From Trichodelitschia bisporula (taxonomy: Eukaryota): 64,000 nucleotides of DNA. Shown here piece by piece: positions 21,541 through 34,148 of the stretch (its first letter is position 1; the number at the start of each line of letters is the position of its first letter). The stretch spans positions 371,322 through 435,321 of the forward strand of contig ML996690.1 of assembly GCA_010356995.1 (NCBI GenBank), given 5' to 3'. Below the pieces are notes generated by a model. That model was given only the letters and a program-made list of their open reading frames with translations. It was not told the DNA's origin and did no database searches. The position numbers were made by a program, and so were the translations under genes.

Positions 21541-24500
21541 TTTGGGATGAGGTTCAGAGTGTATAAGTGCGACGCGACGATGATTGGACCAGCGGCCGAT
21601 GGATTAAGTTTTGCGGGACGACCGAAGGAACTCCTTGAAGCAGATGCCAGAGACGAAGAAAAAAAAAGGCAAGGAGCGGTAGGCGAGGTGGATATATAGC
21701 GGAGTTCTGCCATAGTGTAAGGGCGCTACGGGACCCTGTCTGGGGGAGTCTCCCCCCTCATCTCCAAACCTAGAACTAGTGGCAAGGCAAGCTGCAAGCT
21801 TCATTCACAAAGGCGCCATTGGCAGATGATCCGTGCTCGAATCTGTGCTGGGGAAAGGCTGATGAATTGCTAGCTTCCCCGGTCATACGTTAATTCCATT
21901 GCGGACAATGGGCCGAGCAGAGGGCTCGAGTCCCTGTTAGATTGTCCGTAATAACCTTTTGGATTGGGTTTAGAGCAGGCCCGCTTGCATCAAGACCGGG
22001 CTGGAATAGGTAGGGTTGAGGGCGGGCTGAGCACGGAGGATAGGGCGAGGATATGGGTGGAGTACAGTAAAGTAGATGCATCGACGACCGCCATTCGACT
22101 TACCAGTAGAGCTCCACACCAGGTTGAGCTGGTGGTTCCCAGGAACATTCACAAGGAGCGTTGGTCTCCACCAATTGGTGCCTAGGTCGCGTCAGACCTC
22201 CCTTGTCAAAAGCGGAGAGAGGATGGAGGAGTGTCAGAGGGACAAGCCGCCGGACAGGGTGGATTCTGACATTCCGCTGATCTTGGTCGATACAGTACCG
22301 TCCTCGGTTCCCGGGTTGTTCGTCAGCATCGGGGGGCGGGATGTGGAAGAGCGTGGAGACATCTGGAGATGGGGCCACTTGGGGCGGTTGACAGCGATGC
22401 GGTACAACGGAGAATTTCAATACGGTAATGTGCATGTCCCAGGTTCTCGTCTTGGTTAGAATTCAGAAATAAGGTCACCATTGCCTTAGACTAGTTGAAG
22501 CCGGGAGCTCCACCACTCCGCAGCATGGCGCTGTGGTGCAGATACAATGGATGTTGGGGTGATGTGAGCATTTCGGAACGCGGTAGTGTGTACTAGTACA
22601 GTACGGTAACTACGAGTTATGATACGACAGTTCGTTGGAGTTGATTGCGGGGAAAGAGAGAGAGAGAGGCGTGAGCGTCGCCATGTGTGTTGACGTTGCC
22701 GTTTGTCCGCCCAGCTGATGTGCCGCATTGTGGCTTGCAGATGGTCGCTCGTACGACGTCACATCAATTCCTTTCCATCCATCCATCCATCCGCTCATCC
22801 CCGACAGCTCCTCTTCCAAGCCCTCCAAGCGACGCGCTTCACGAGTCGACTCTCGTAAGATCAGGTAAGCTTCGAAAAAGTGAAGTTCCCTTAGGTCCGG
22901 AAGTAAAAGCCACGCCGTCGTATCGTCTCCCGTCACGAACTGCCGTGTCCTCTTGGTGTGACACTCCACCAGCAAAATGGAGTCGAGACTCTTGACCATT
23001 TCTGACAAAAGGGCGGCTTCCGCCGGCCCGCACCAACGACAGAGATCCGCCGCGTGCTGGGCGCTGTCCTGATCCACAACCCCGAACATTGGCACCGATG
23101 CCACAAGCGCCTCCGATCGGGTCGCTTACCGTAGCGCTGAGCAGAGAAATAATGCGGGGCAGTTGCACGGAGTCAACCGACCCGCGATCCCTTGATGATT
23201 GGGGCTCATCGATTTCGGCATACCGTGTACCCGAACCAATCCGCGCCGCGAGAAATCCACAAAAAGGTATGGCCAGCCTTCTCTCTTGCCTCCTTTGCCT
23301 CATACCGTATCTGAACCCACACTCCCCCGCGCTCCCCCGGATTCTCGTCTGTCAGGTCTAGATGCTGTAGTTAGCTCAACGCGATTCTTACCGGTTCTCG
23401 ACTCCGTGATTGGGTTGGGTGGACATCAAGAACTGCAGTAAAACTTCCCCACAAAAAGTTCCATTGGTAGAACTGCATCCTTCGCTACCATTTTGGGATA
23501 TATCCCCGGATTCCCAGCTGCAGGAAAGCACTTCGATGCTTCCATCTGCGCGGACTTCCTTGTCCTTGCCTTCCGACGGTTTGGATGCTAGGATACCCAC
23601 GTTTAATGACCTCTCCCCCTTCCGCTTCGCTATTGATATGAACCCGGAGGCTCATCACCTCTTTCCCAGGGCCAAGGACTCGCTCTGGCTCGAGTTCCTC
23701 GAGTTCTAGGCCCTGTCATCGCTTCCTCCCCGCACGAAAGGGACATGATGCGATCAGGCGAGAGAGAGCATGCGTGGCGTCCCGTCGTGCTTTCAGTATG
23801 AGGTGTCTCGACGCTGCGTTAGCTTAGCGCCGATTTGACTTCACGCACTGCGTCCGAGAACTCCGACACGGCGTCCAGTTCGAAAGTGACCAGGTTGCCC
23901 GATGGCCGACGCGGCACCTCGGTCCGCCAGTCAGCGACGATCGTCGGTCACGTATCCTACCTCTTGGCGTTGGCGGGCGGCCTTAAGCAATATGTAGACA
24001 CTTAGAGAGAGGTCAGACCTCACCACGTGCAATGCATTAGTTTGGAGGTACGAGCTCGACGGGCCTTGTTCCCTGGCTTTGTTGAGCGGTGGTTTGGCCA
24101 GCGAGCGGGGAGCCCCCAACCCCATATATACTTTGATGTACTTTAGTACCGTATGAAAGGGGCAACTGTGGACCACGCTTTTGACTGCGTGATTGGCGAG
24201 TGCGGAGTGCAGAGTGCGGGGTGGACGCTGCGAGTGTTCCGTCTGACAAACAGCGGCTCGGACCGTGATGGCTTTGGACGACAATGACCCGAGGCGGCCA
24301 GCCGTCAATTCGGTTGTACAGATCTCATAGCTTCCGTCGGCACACAAGAAATCGTGTTCGGCTTCTGACGAAGGTTTGCCCTTGACGTACCGTTACGCTG
24401 TTCTTCAGGGCTCTCGCGTCGTCTACCGTTCGTCGGAGAAACGATGCATGGTATCCTATATGCGACACATTAATCACTGACAGCTTACAGGCCAGAATAA

Positions 24501-26303
24501 GTTGGGTTGAGTGCGCCGAGACGGCCTCAATGGCCTCGATGGCGAACCTCGCGTCGTTGTCTGGAAAAAACTGACCTCCGCTCCGAAGCCGCAATTTGCA
24601 CCTGCTTGGCCGCATGGTCTTTTTCGTTTGTACCGTACCGCAACTCGTCGTGCAAGCCTCTACCGGGTGGGAGTAGTCGGACACATCACAATTAATGTAA
24701 ATCAGACTCGGTCAGGCAGCTTCCATGACGTGCTGCTTGGAGAAGGGCAAGGCGAAGGCACGAGGATTCGATGCGAGGCTTCGTGCAACGCAGTGTCCCT
24801 CATTCCTGGCTTCAACCTTTTCTTTTTTCTCTTTTTCTCCCCCGTCTGAGCCACCGACGCGTCGGACGAATTGAGGAAGATGGAAAGCGTTGGCAAACAA
24901 CGGAAAGCTGAAGAAGGTTGAGCAAAGCCAAAAAGAGAAAGCCTACCCTGCGAGCTGAACAACGGGCTGATTTTCAAGAGCAAGGGTCGTGAAGACGAAG
25001 GGTCACGAAGCTGGTGAGTTTGCGCCGGACTCTATCGAGGTTGATCTAACATGAAATTCAGCCCCCACACAGCCTCTAACAGTGCCGTCACGGTATCAGT
25101 CAGGTTGACTTCACCCAGCAGCAGTTCCCAAATGCAGCGAGTTCCTGTGATCGAGAACCGTGGATCGTGAGTACGATCTTGTTTCGTTCCACTCTCTATC
25201 GCTCCTCGCCCAGGCACAAAGGGTGAGGAGGTGCTCTAAGTTGCACAGCCTCACACGCCACACCTAAGACTTCCGAATTTCCTCTTCGGATAGTCTCCAT
25301 CATCTACAGTTTTCCATTGCCTGAGAATTGACACGGATTCTTAGCCCCCAACTGCCCAATTTCGAGCCTCGTCTTTCCTCCTCCGTCACCTACAGCCTTT
25401 CGACTGCTGCCTGCCCCCATTACAGCAGCGCCTCCCCTTCCCATCTCGCGAACTCCGCCACCCTCATGACGGCCTTGGATGGGGACTACCTATTCGCAAC
25501 AATGGCAAGCATGAGGTTCACCAAAAGCCGCCTTTTGCCGTCTCAACCGTGGTCCACGCGGTGAGCAGCGTGCACAGCGCCCCTGCCCCTCGCTCCCCCC
25601 CCAGCCCAACCCATCAGTTTTCTGTCCGCCGCAAGCAATCGCGCATCGCACACATGCGCTGCGATGCGCATCCCAGCCGCGGCTCGCAGGCCCTCGTGGC
25701 CGATTTGCGTCTGTGGACCTGCGCATCAGCAGGTCGGCGGCGATCAAGTCCAGCGGCGATCCCAACCCAACCCCACGCCGCCGTCGCCCGTCATATCGCA
25801 GCGTGACGATTTGACACGTCGGTCTGCGGTGTGCGATTTGTCTGGCGGCGGACTTGCTCAGGCACGGCCACCGCGCCGCGCCAGTTTGAGGCGCCGATGC
25901 TGTCCTTGCCTTCCCAGCTACTGGGAATACTCTTTCCCTTGGGCCTTTTACGGAGGCACCGTGAGCTTTACTGCTGGTGAGGCAGATAAGAGCAACACAG
26001 CCCGTCAGGCAAATGGCATACATAGCCGTGGCGGGAAGGCAGATGGTCATGCTGTCGTATTTTGGGCATCATGAGGTTCACCACTGGGCCTCCGTGGTTT
26101 ACCACTGGTCGCTGCGTGTGGGCGATGGCATATAAGTATCTAGATTGCGCGCTGTTTAACAGGGCGCACATTCGCATTGCTATCATCCTACGCCCCGCAG
26201 CCGTTCGCCATTATCGCACATATCTGAACTCTCCACTCTCCCCACAAAGCTCGCCCTAAACCGTCGTACCTGCATCTCCCAGCCTCACGCCACACTACCG
26301 TCT

Positions 26304-26759
26304 ATGCAGCCTTCCCGCCTCACCTCGCCCCAGTCGAACGCCTCACAGGCGCCTCTCATCATTCAGGGCGAAGACGCACTGCGTACCACGCCCGCACCCA
26401 CCGTCCCGAGCACCAGCTCAGAGCGCCAGGAGCCACCTTCCTCCGTCCCGACCGGGCCCTCGTCCAACCCGACCGCAACACCGGCCCAGAACGCCAATAC
26501 CACAGCCGGCCGTCGGGCAGTCGATATACCTACTACAACGATGTCGGAGTCCGCGCGCCCTGGGTCCTCGGTTGCATACCCGACCGTCGAGTTCGCTGCC
26601 GGGTCGATGGGGTCGGGTGGGCCGACTAGCCGGGAGTCGGGACAGACGCCGTCGTCGGTCAACAGCGGGAGGAACGTGGAAGTTGTCATCATTCCGGGGG
26701 GGGATCTGAAGGATGGCGAGCCGAGGAGTTCGGCTCACAAGGGGGGTTACTGGCCATGA
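26304..26759 (+). CDS. Small S/T/P-rich hypothetical protein (151 aa)
   Basis: ATG-started ORF with TATAAG at ~26131, a C-rich leader and G-rich trailer like the bona fide genes in this window; no recognisable domain. Confidence 0.45.
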   Translation: MQPSRLTSPQSNASQAPLIIQGEDALRTTPAPTVPSTSSERQEPPSSVPTGPSSNPTATPAQNANTTAGRRAVDIPTTTMSESARPGSSVAYPTVEFAAGSMGSGGPTSRESGQTPSSVNSGRNVEVVIIPGGDLKDGEPRSSAHKGGYWP

Positions 26760-27215
26760 CTAGTACGTGGAAGGGGACTGTGGGGTCGGATGAGGCGGCG
26801 GGTTTGGAGAGGGAGGTGGCCGTAGGGAGTTGAGGCGAGGCTTGGGGGGGTGATACGTTCTTTGGTTTCTGGCGTTTTGGGGAGGGCGTTCAAGGAGAAT
26901 GGGATAGACGGCGACATCGTGCTCATTCTTCGTTGAATGAATTAGTTACTCCCGCTTTAGAGTTCGATTGGGATTCAAGAGGTCATTGAGGGAGTGTAGG
27001 ATATCTGGGAAGGACCGCTGCCTTTGCGTTGTCATATAGTCGGTCTGCTTGGACGTGTCATCATTCTCATTCTTTGTTGAGTGGAATTGTATCAGAACTT
27101 TTGATACCTACCCATCCGTCCATCTCACCCCGTCCAGCCAAATCCGACTTGCGCCTTGGGTATGTATCCTAGCCGGCCATCCCAGAGTCCTCAAAGGTCA
27201 TCGACAACAGACCCA

Positions 27216-28237
27216 TCATGACTCTTTCTCCCCAGCTTTCTCCCCACCCTTAATGACAGCACTCGCTTCCGCCGGCGAGACAGGCGGTTCAGCCGGGAGC
27301 ATTTGCGCCCAAGGTCTCTTCTGCTCAACACCCAGCACAACTATCACGAATTAGCCTCCACCCCTCACAACCAATGACGAGCAACCCACCCCTCTCGTAC
27401 AAAAAGTAGCTTGTCACAATTGCTATCGGCAGCGCAACAATAATCGCCGTGACCCTAACACAATTAGCACCGCCCAGCTCAATTGAACTCTAACACCTAC
27501 CTCCGCGCCGCCGGCTTGTACTTGTCCGCCAAATCTCCCGGCCGCGGAGGCATACCGCCCCGCGCACCCGCCCGCGACGAGATGTCATTAACAGCGAACG
27601 CATTCATCCCCTTAGCAGAGGGCTTCTCCTTCGGCGGCGTAGCCTTATGCGACATCGTAGCAATCTGCTGCTGCTGCAAACGAACAAGATTCAACGTCGC
27701 AGAGGTGTACACAGAATTTGGCGGTGGAGCCGCCGCGCGCGGGGTACCCGTAGCTAGTGGTAGTACCTGGCCAGGCGGGGAAACGACGTCACCCGGCAAC
27801 GCCGCCTCAGCCTGCAACAGTTCATGCACACTCGCCGTAGCGCTCGACTTAGAACCAGAACTAGTCTCCACTCTGCTCTTCGCCCTGATCCCAACTTCGC
27901 TTAGTATCTTCGAGCTTAGCACCTTCGACGTTCCCGGCGCCGTGCCGCGCAGTGGAGCCCGCACCGCCGCTGCCGCTGCCGCGCTTGACGCCGGCGAAGC
28001 CCGTGCTTCACCCACGCGTTTTGGTGGGGTTGGGCCCGTGCCTGCGGCGCCTTTCGTTGTCGTCGGCTTCTTGTTTGTGGGCGCGGCGGCGGCGGCGGCG
28101 GGCGGGAAGGCGGTGGCCCGTTTCGGTGGCGCAGGGGCGGGGACGGGTGCGGCGGCGGCGGCGGCGACAGAAGGTGCGCTGGCTTTTTTGGGCCGGCCGC
28201 GCTTTTTGGATGCTTCGGAGGTCATGATTGGGTTCAT
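27216..28237 (-). CDS. Hypothetical membrane-anchored protein with AT-hook-like motif, 3 exons (introns ~27500-27455 and ~27389-27341)
   Basis: KKRGRPKK near the N-terminus and an Ala/Pro-rich body. Splicing at GTAGGT..CTAAT..TAG and GTGGGT..CTAAT..TAG gives YKPAARRVTAIIVALPIAIVTSYFLYERVVLGVEQKR (one TM helix) ending in TGA at 27216. Confidence 0.7.
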
Positions 28238-28635
28238 ATTGAGAGGATTGAGGGCAGTGATGGGGCCATTGAGGGAGGTCTGCGCGGGAGACGCGTGGGG
28301 AGAATATTTGAGGCACTTGTGTGCTTCCCGAGGTCATCCATGTTTGACTGGGATACGGGATCGGGCAAGGCTTGGTACTGGAGGTTGGTTGCCGCGATAG
28401 ATACCTTGATCGGATGCGTGAGATTGCTATGTGGGTTTGGGTGGGGTATCGGATGGATCATATTCTACACTACAATACTACGTACATACAAAAGACTATC
28501 TAGCGTGAGATAAGGATGAGTAAGGGGATGGTACATGGCTATCAGAACAGCGAACGCTCAGAGATATTCCGACAGCCCAAAAGGTATCGCGACGAAAGGT
28601 AAGCAAAGAAAAGGCGACCGCAGCACACGCTTCCT

Positions 28636-30654
28636 TTACCACAACGCAACCACCATTAATCCCAATCCCCATATCCAATAATGTGACACCCTCAGCATCG
28701 GCGAAGTTCCACTCTTCAGCGTAGGCCCACTCTTCGGCCCCCCGCCGTTCACCGGCTTGCCCGTGGCCGCGGCAGTGGCCCACGGTGCTCCATCCCCAGG
28801 GCCCACATCCGTCTCTACGGAATCAGCTGACCCATCCGTCTCCACGGAATCGGTTGGCTGGGCATAAACCGAGCCACTTGCGTCTCTGAGCGTCGTGCTC
28901 GCTCCGTTGACAACCAGCATCTCCGCTCCCTCCGAGTTCGTCGCCAAACTCAAGACCGTGCTCGAGCCTCCAGAGTTGCTGTCTCTGAGCGTGACAGGTG
29001 ATCCTCCAAGAGAAAGCACCTGTCCACCAACTTCGTAGCGATCGTTCTCAACGTCCGCTTCGATGACTTGGCTGCCAATCGTGATGGCCGGAAGAGGGGC
29101 TTTGACCGCACTGCCCGGCTGTGCGATTGCGATTGCGGGTTTCGGTACATCCACCTCGCCAAACGCCGCCACTCGAGACGGCGCAGCCAGGACAATGGTA
29201 GTTGTGCCGTCCTGCTGTTCCGAGCCAGCATTTCTAAGAGGAGAACCAGCATTTCCAGGAGAAGAACCAACGCTTCCAGGAAGAGATCCAGCGTTTCCGG
29301 GAAGAGAACCGGCGTTTCCAGGAAGAGATCCACCACGCGGCCCAGGACGCGGCTTGATCACGGCGAGGATAGAGTCTGCTGCAGTAACGATTTCAACCGG
29401 GTGGTCCTCGATGGTGATAGTTTCCCCGACATTGGCGGTTTGGGAGCCGATCTGGAAAGCAGAAACGATTGGCTGGCCCCGTGTCTTCTCAACTCTTGCA
29501 CCACCAAATGTGAGAGCGGTGACAGGCATGACCACATCTCCAACTGTGATGGAACGAGCTGCACTCACTGATGTCGGACGCGGAAGATTGGCGGCGAAGG
29601 CAGGTACAGCAGCGACGCTGATGGTAGTCGGTGCAGGCTGGTTCTTCACCGGAACATCGGCCGAGGTCGTGGGGGGTAGTAGTGATTTCTCAGTTCTAGC
29701 GATATTCGCACCCAGGATACCTGCCATCCCTGCAAGCTGTCCAGATTTTGTCTTCTCCTCTCGAACGTTGCACACGAGACCGGGCTTACAGTTGGTGAGC
29801 GTTGTCGTGGATGTTACAGTAACAAAAGAAGCGTAGGTGAGGCCAGGAGTGGGGAGGACCTCTGCCCTTGGCTTCTCCTCCTGGCATCGGGCAAAGACTG
29901 CCTCGCCCGGGAATAGAGACTTGAGGGCCCCAAGCTTTGCCGGTACTTGAGCTCGAACCAGTAGGACGTTTCTCCCGTAATCGGTCGTGCGATTCTGCAG
30001 GGATGCCGAATGGTATTGTGCGCTTGAATTGACGTATTCTGACGATGCGGGAGGATCAAGAAAGACGGTTTGAAAAACCGCCTCCGCATTACATGTCGGA
30101 GTCCCGGCAGTGGCAGTTTGTAGAGTCCCGGACCAGGCATATGCCGTGGGAAAGTCCGTCAATACTGACGGGTATGTGCTAAAGACATTAACCCTCGTCC
30201 AGACGAGCAGCAAGGGACATACAGTATAGTTTTGGAAGTCCCATTTACACCTCGATGCAAGGTGAGCGTTGTCACGAGCGCGCCATCAGTATTGTATTCG
30301 GGTGCCTGGTAGCCTTCGGGATAGTAGTAATTGGGCCGTAACCGGGTCGTGGTAACGTTGTACTTCGGATACACCGTATACCAGAACGTGGCGGCCGTGA
30401 TAGTCGTGCCCACGTCGTATGACTGCCATGACCAAATATCGTAGTTTGCTCGTGCTACACAGTCGGACTGGCATGTCGGCCGCGATGGCGGTGCCGTTAT
30501 GGTCAGTGATGGTGTTGCGGGCTCGACCGCACTTAGAGGCTCTCCATTTGTTAGCAGTGACAATCCGGGGAAGCTAAAACTTACTGCTTGCATTATAGTT
30601 TACTGCTCGTGCTGAAGAAGCTGTAAAAGTCACAACGAACAAGAGAAAAAGCAT
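28636..30654 (-). CDS. Secreted S/T-rich mucin-like cell-surface protein, probable GPI anchor, 3 exons
   Basis: Signal-peptide-like exon MLFLLFVVTFTASSARA from ATG 30654 (acceptor of intron 1 ambiguous). Intron ~30222-30179 joins KTIL|TYPSVLTDFPTAY. Repeated ITIGSQ/VGGQVLSLGG beta-type motifs; hydrophobic C-terminus WIWGLGLMVVALW. Confidence 0.75.
29225..29331 (-). repeat. In-frame 21-bp tandem repeat encoding (GSLPGNA)-like heptads, about 5 units
   Basis: The translation GSLPGNAGSLPGNAGSLPGSVGSSPGNAGSPLRNAGS matches visible ccagcgtttccaggaagaga-type DNA units. Confidence 0.85.
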
Positions 30655-31925
30655 ATTGCTTCAGCTAGACACCCCGACTTCACAGCGCAAAAAACGTGAG
30701 ATGCACAAGAACAATGGAATAGACTGCAACTACGTGCTTCACGCAGCATCTTGTCCATGTCTTATGTCGCCCGCGTGCCAGTGTATTTTGGGAAGCTCGT
30801 TGGCGTGCAGTCAAGGCAGGATCGAGGATTTAGATTAAAGAGGTGATGTCTATGGTCAGAAAGCGCGGACCGGGGATTCGATAGCGCACCAACCCCTCGT
30901 AAATTAATATGCGAGTAGATTATATCCAACGTGCGGCGTCATGTCAGGTGGGGTGCTTGCTCTCCTCAACTCATCATGGTGTCCATGGTGTCCATCTTGT
31001 CCAGGCTTGCTGCCGGCCAAAGCCTGGAACTGCGTACGAGGCAGGCCCGATGGAGCGTTGCTGTGCCGCTGGATAGAGTGATATGTGGAGAAAATGGTGT
31101 CGTCAGCGCTCGGATGCCGTGGATTTTGTGTTGTTAAACCTCATCTTCATCAGTCCTCGTGCAGCAAGCCGGATAAGCATCCAGCGAGATAGGCACAGTT
31201 CAAATTCCAACCTGCCAGACTGGTACAGTGCAGAACCTCACCTGGTGTGCGCGGGTATCTTGTCGCACGGCACCAAGGATCCCTTGGACCTCGACTGACG
31301 TCGGCGCGTTCCTTCTCAGGGCCACCCGACTGAGAGCCGCGTCGTGAAGCAAGCGACCTCTTGAACTCCACGTGCGAGATAGATGAGCCAAGGTACCTTG
31401 GTGCAGTGCCTGACATGCGGGGTATACTTGTAGTCGGCAGCTCTCCCCGTTGTCCCGGTTGCAAACGCGTCCCGTTGCTATGAACATCAAGGCCATATCG
31501 CTGTATGACTTAATCTAGGCTTAGGCCAATAGCCCACCGTCTCCATTCACTTACACGCTGTACGGTAAGACCGTTCAAAGAGAGATGTAAGCGACGATCT
31601 GTAGTTCTAGTCGACACCGAGGTATGTGATTCCAGCTCTAGTACATTCGTACACGCGAATGGCTAGACCGGAGGTTTGCTCTTCAGCCGCAATGTCCAAG
31701 GGAAACCAAGAAACGCCTCATGTGGCGCTGCATTGCGTCGCGAGAGGCCTGAAGCCGAAAGAGAGCCTGAAGTGCGAAACCCCCTTCTTCTTCTCCACAG
31801 CAACGAAGTTACGAGTGCGATTTCTATCATCCCATCCCATCCCATCTTGCCATGCCACTGCTGCGATAGTTTTGCCTGACAGCTGCATCACCAGCCACAA
31901 CCTGAGGCGCACCCCCCTCGACGTC

Positions 31926-33672
31926 ATGTCTTACTTTCGTTACCTAATCTCCCTGGCCCCCACCGCATCCTTCGCGTTTCTCGCCATCTTCGCTATCCAT
32001 GTGCGTTGTGTTGAAAGCGCGACTCCGCCTCCATCACCCTTGAGCTGTCCCCCTGATCAGTGGTGGTACGTTCGTGAACGGAATAAACTCTTTGGCGCGG
32101 CTGTTCTAACTTGCCATTAGGGACGGCAATGATGGCCCGTGGTCAACCTTCGGCATGCAGATTGGGACGCCGCCGGCAAGCCTGAGACTTCTCCCTGCGA
32201 ATGGCCAAGGTGCAGTCTGGGTGATTGTGCCCGAGGGTTGTACCAAGGATGACCCCACCGACTGTCCCAATTCGAGAGGCAACCTCTTCAAGCGGGACAC
32301 ATCATCCACATGGGTGCAGAGCGACCTTTACCAGTTGTCCGTCATCGAGGAGAAGATACTCGGGTACAACAACAGCCTAAACGGCATCTTTGGCACCGAC
32401 ACTGTGACGATCGGGTGGAAGGGCGATGGTGGTCCAACTGTCGAGAACGCCGTCCTCGGAGGCCTGGCTACGAAAGCCTTCTATCTGGGCGCCTTCCCAT
32501 TGAATCCGTGGCCCGTCAACTTTACCGACATCCAAAACAACAAGCCAAGTCTTCTCTCTACCCTCAAAAACCAGACAAAGATCCCCAGCTTGTCATGGGG
32601 ATATACGGCAGGCATGTACAACCGTGCACCAAAGTCTTTTGGAAGCCTCACACTCGGCGGTATCGACGTCAGCCGCTTCGAGCCGAACAAATTGAACTTT
32701 TCCATGGCCGTTGACATCTCCCGGGACCTTGAGGTTGCTATTCAGAGCATCACTACATCGGCTTCCAGCACTCCTCTGCTTCCCAAGCCAATTATTTCAT
32801 TCATCGATACCGTGGTGCCTTTCATCTGGCTCCCTCTTGAAGCATGCAAACAGTTTGAGTCGGTTTTCGGCCTGACCTGGAACGCTGCGTCGGAGCTGTA
32901 CTTGGTCGATGATACTCTTCATCAGAAACTGCTGGCCCAAAACCCTTCCATCACCTTTAGGATTGGACCCCAAGCAACTGGTGACGCGGTTGACATCAAG
33001 ATGTCCTATGGAAGTTTTGATCTCCTTGCCAGTCCCCCCCTCGTAGCGAATCAAACCCGCTACTTCCCTTTGAAACGAGCAGTCAACGACACACAGTATG
33101 CTCTAGGCCGCACGTTCCTCCAAAACGCCTACGTCGCTGCCAACTACGAATATTTCAACTTTTCAATTTCGCAAGCAACTTATCCCGATACTTCAGTGCC
33201 GCAGCGCCTCATCGCTCTTCCGGCCAGAGGGGCATCGTCTGCATCTTCATCCTCCGGACTCAGCACGGGGGCCATCGTAGGTATTACTGTTGGCGGTGCG
33301 GCCGCCATCCTCATTCTCGTTTTCGCCCTGTGGCTCTTTATGAAAAACCGCAAGAAACCGAAGTCGCCGACATCACCCAGCTATTATCCGGCCGAGTACC
33401 AAGACAGTGTGCTCAAGGCCGAGCTTGGGGACACTCAGATTGCTGAGGCGGGCGGTGGCCCTGTTGCCCATGAAATTGGTGCAGGATACAAGCCTCCTGT
33501 GCGCTATGCGCCCAACGAGGTGTTTGAATTGCCCTCGCAAGGCTTGCCCGTCGAGGCACCGACGCCAGAGCACAGTGTTTACACTACACCATACACCACT
33601 CCTGGCACGACGCCATCACCATACCCACCGTCCCGGCGGCCATACCCTCCACGAAGGCCTGCTGGAGAGTAG
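31926..33672 (+). CDS. Pepsin-fold (A1) aspartic protease-like type I membrane protein with degenerate catalytic motifs, intron 32066-32120
   Basis: Hydrophobic N-terminus; spliced W|DGNDGPWSTFGMQIGTPP; GSLTLGG.D; IDTVVPFIWLP; YALGRTFLQNAYV; TM helix GAIVGITVGGAAAILILVFALWLF followed by KNRKK. Confidence 0.88.
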
Positions 33673-34148
33673 ATGCTTTCGTTTTTCATTTCTCTACTGT
33701 TTGAAGTTACTGTCCTGTTTGTGGCAACGAGTCCTTGCGCTCCGTCCCACATTCTACACGAAATTCCCTGGCGGAAGGTGCGCGACCCCATCTTGTTCAA
33801 TTATTGTATTTTTAACTAGTACGATGCCCACGAGCAGTTGGATTCGAACACAAATCGAATGAACTGGATAATGTTTCATGTTATTTCCCTCATTGTGGAC
33901 AAAGAATGCGTTGTGAACTTCGTGGCGCGCTTCCGCATCCGTCCTCGGTCATGGAATGCTCGTTTGCATCTGCTTCTTTGACAGCACCCACTAATACCAT
34001 TCAGCATTATAAGCCGGACCTTCAACACCCACTTCGGATCAACTCTTGTGACCCTACGCCGTGATTCCTCCAGTTTGTTGCTGGCTTCAACCGCATAATC
34101 ATTTTCCATCCATTTGCATCAATACTGTCCTCAGACCCCTTGCCACGA

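Noticed and set aside
21690..21860. CreA-type SYGGRG sites upstream of the acetate transporter
   Set aside because: The motif is too short and too frequent in GC-rich DNA to support.
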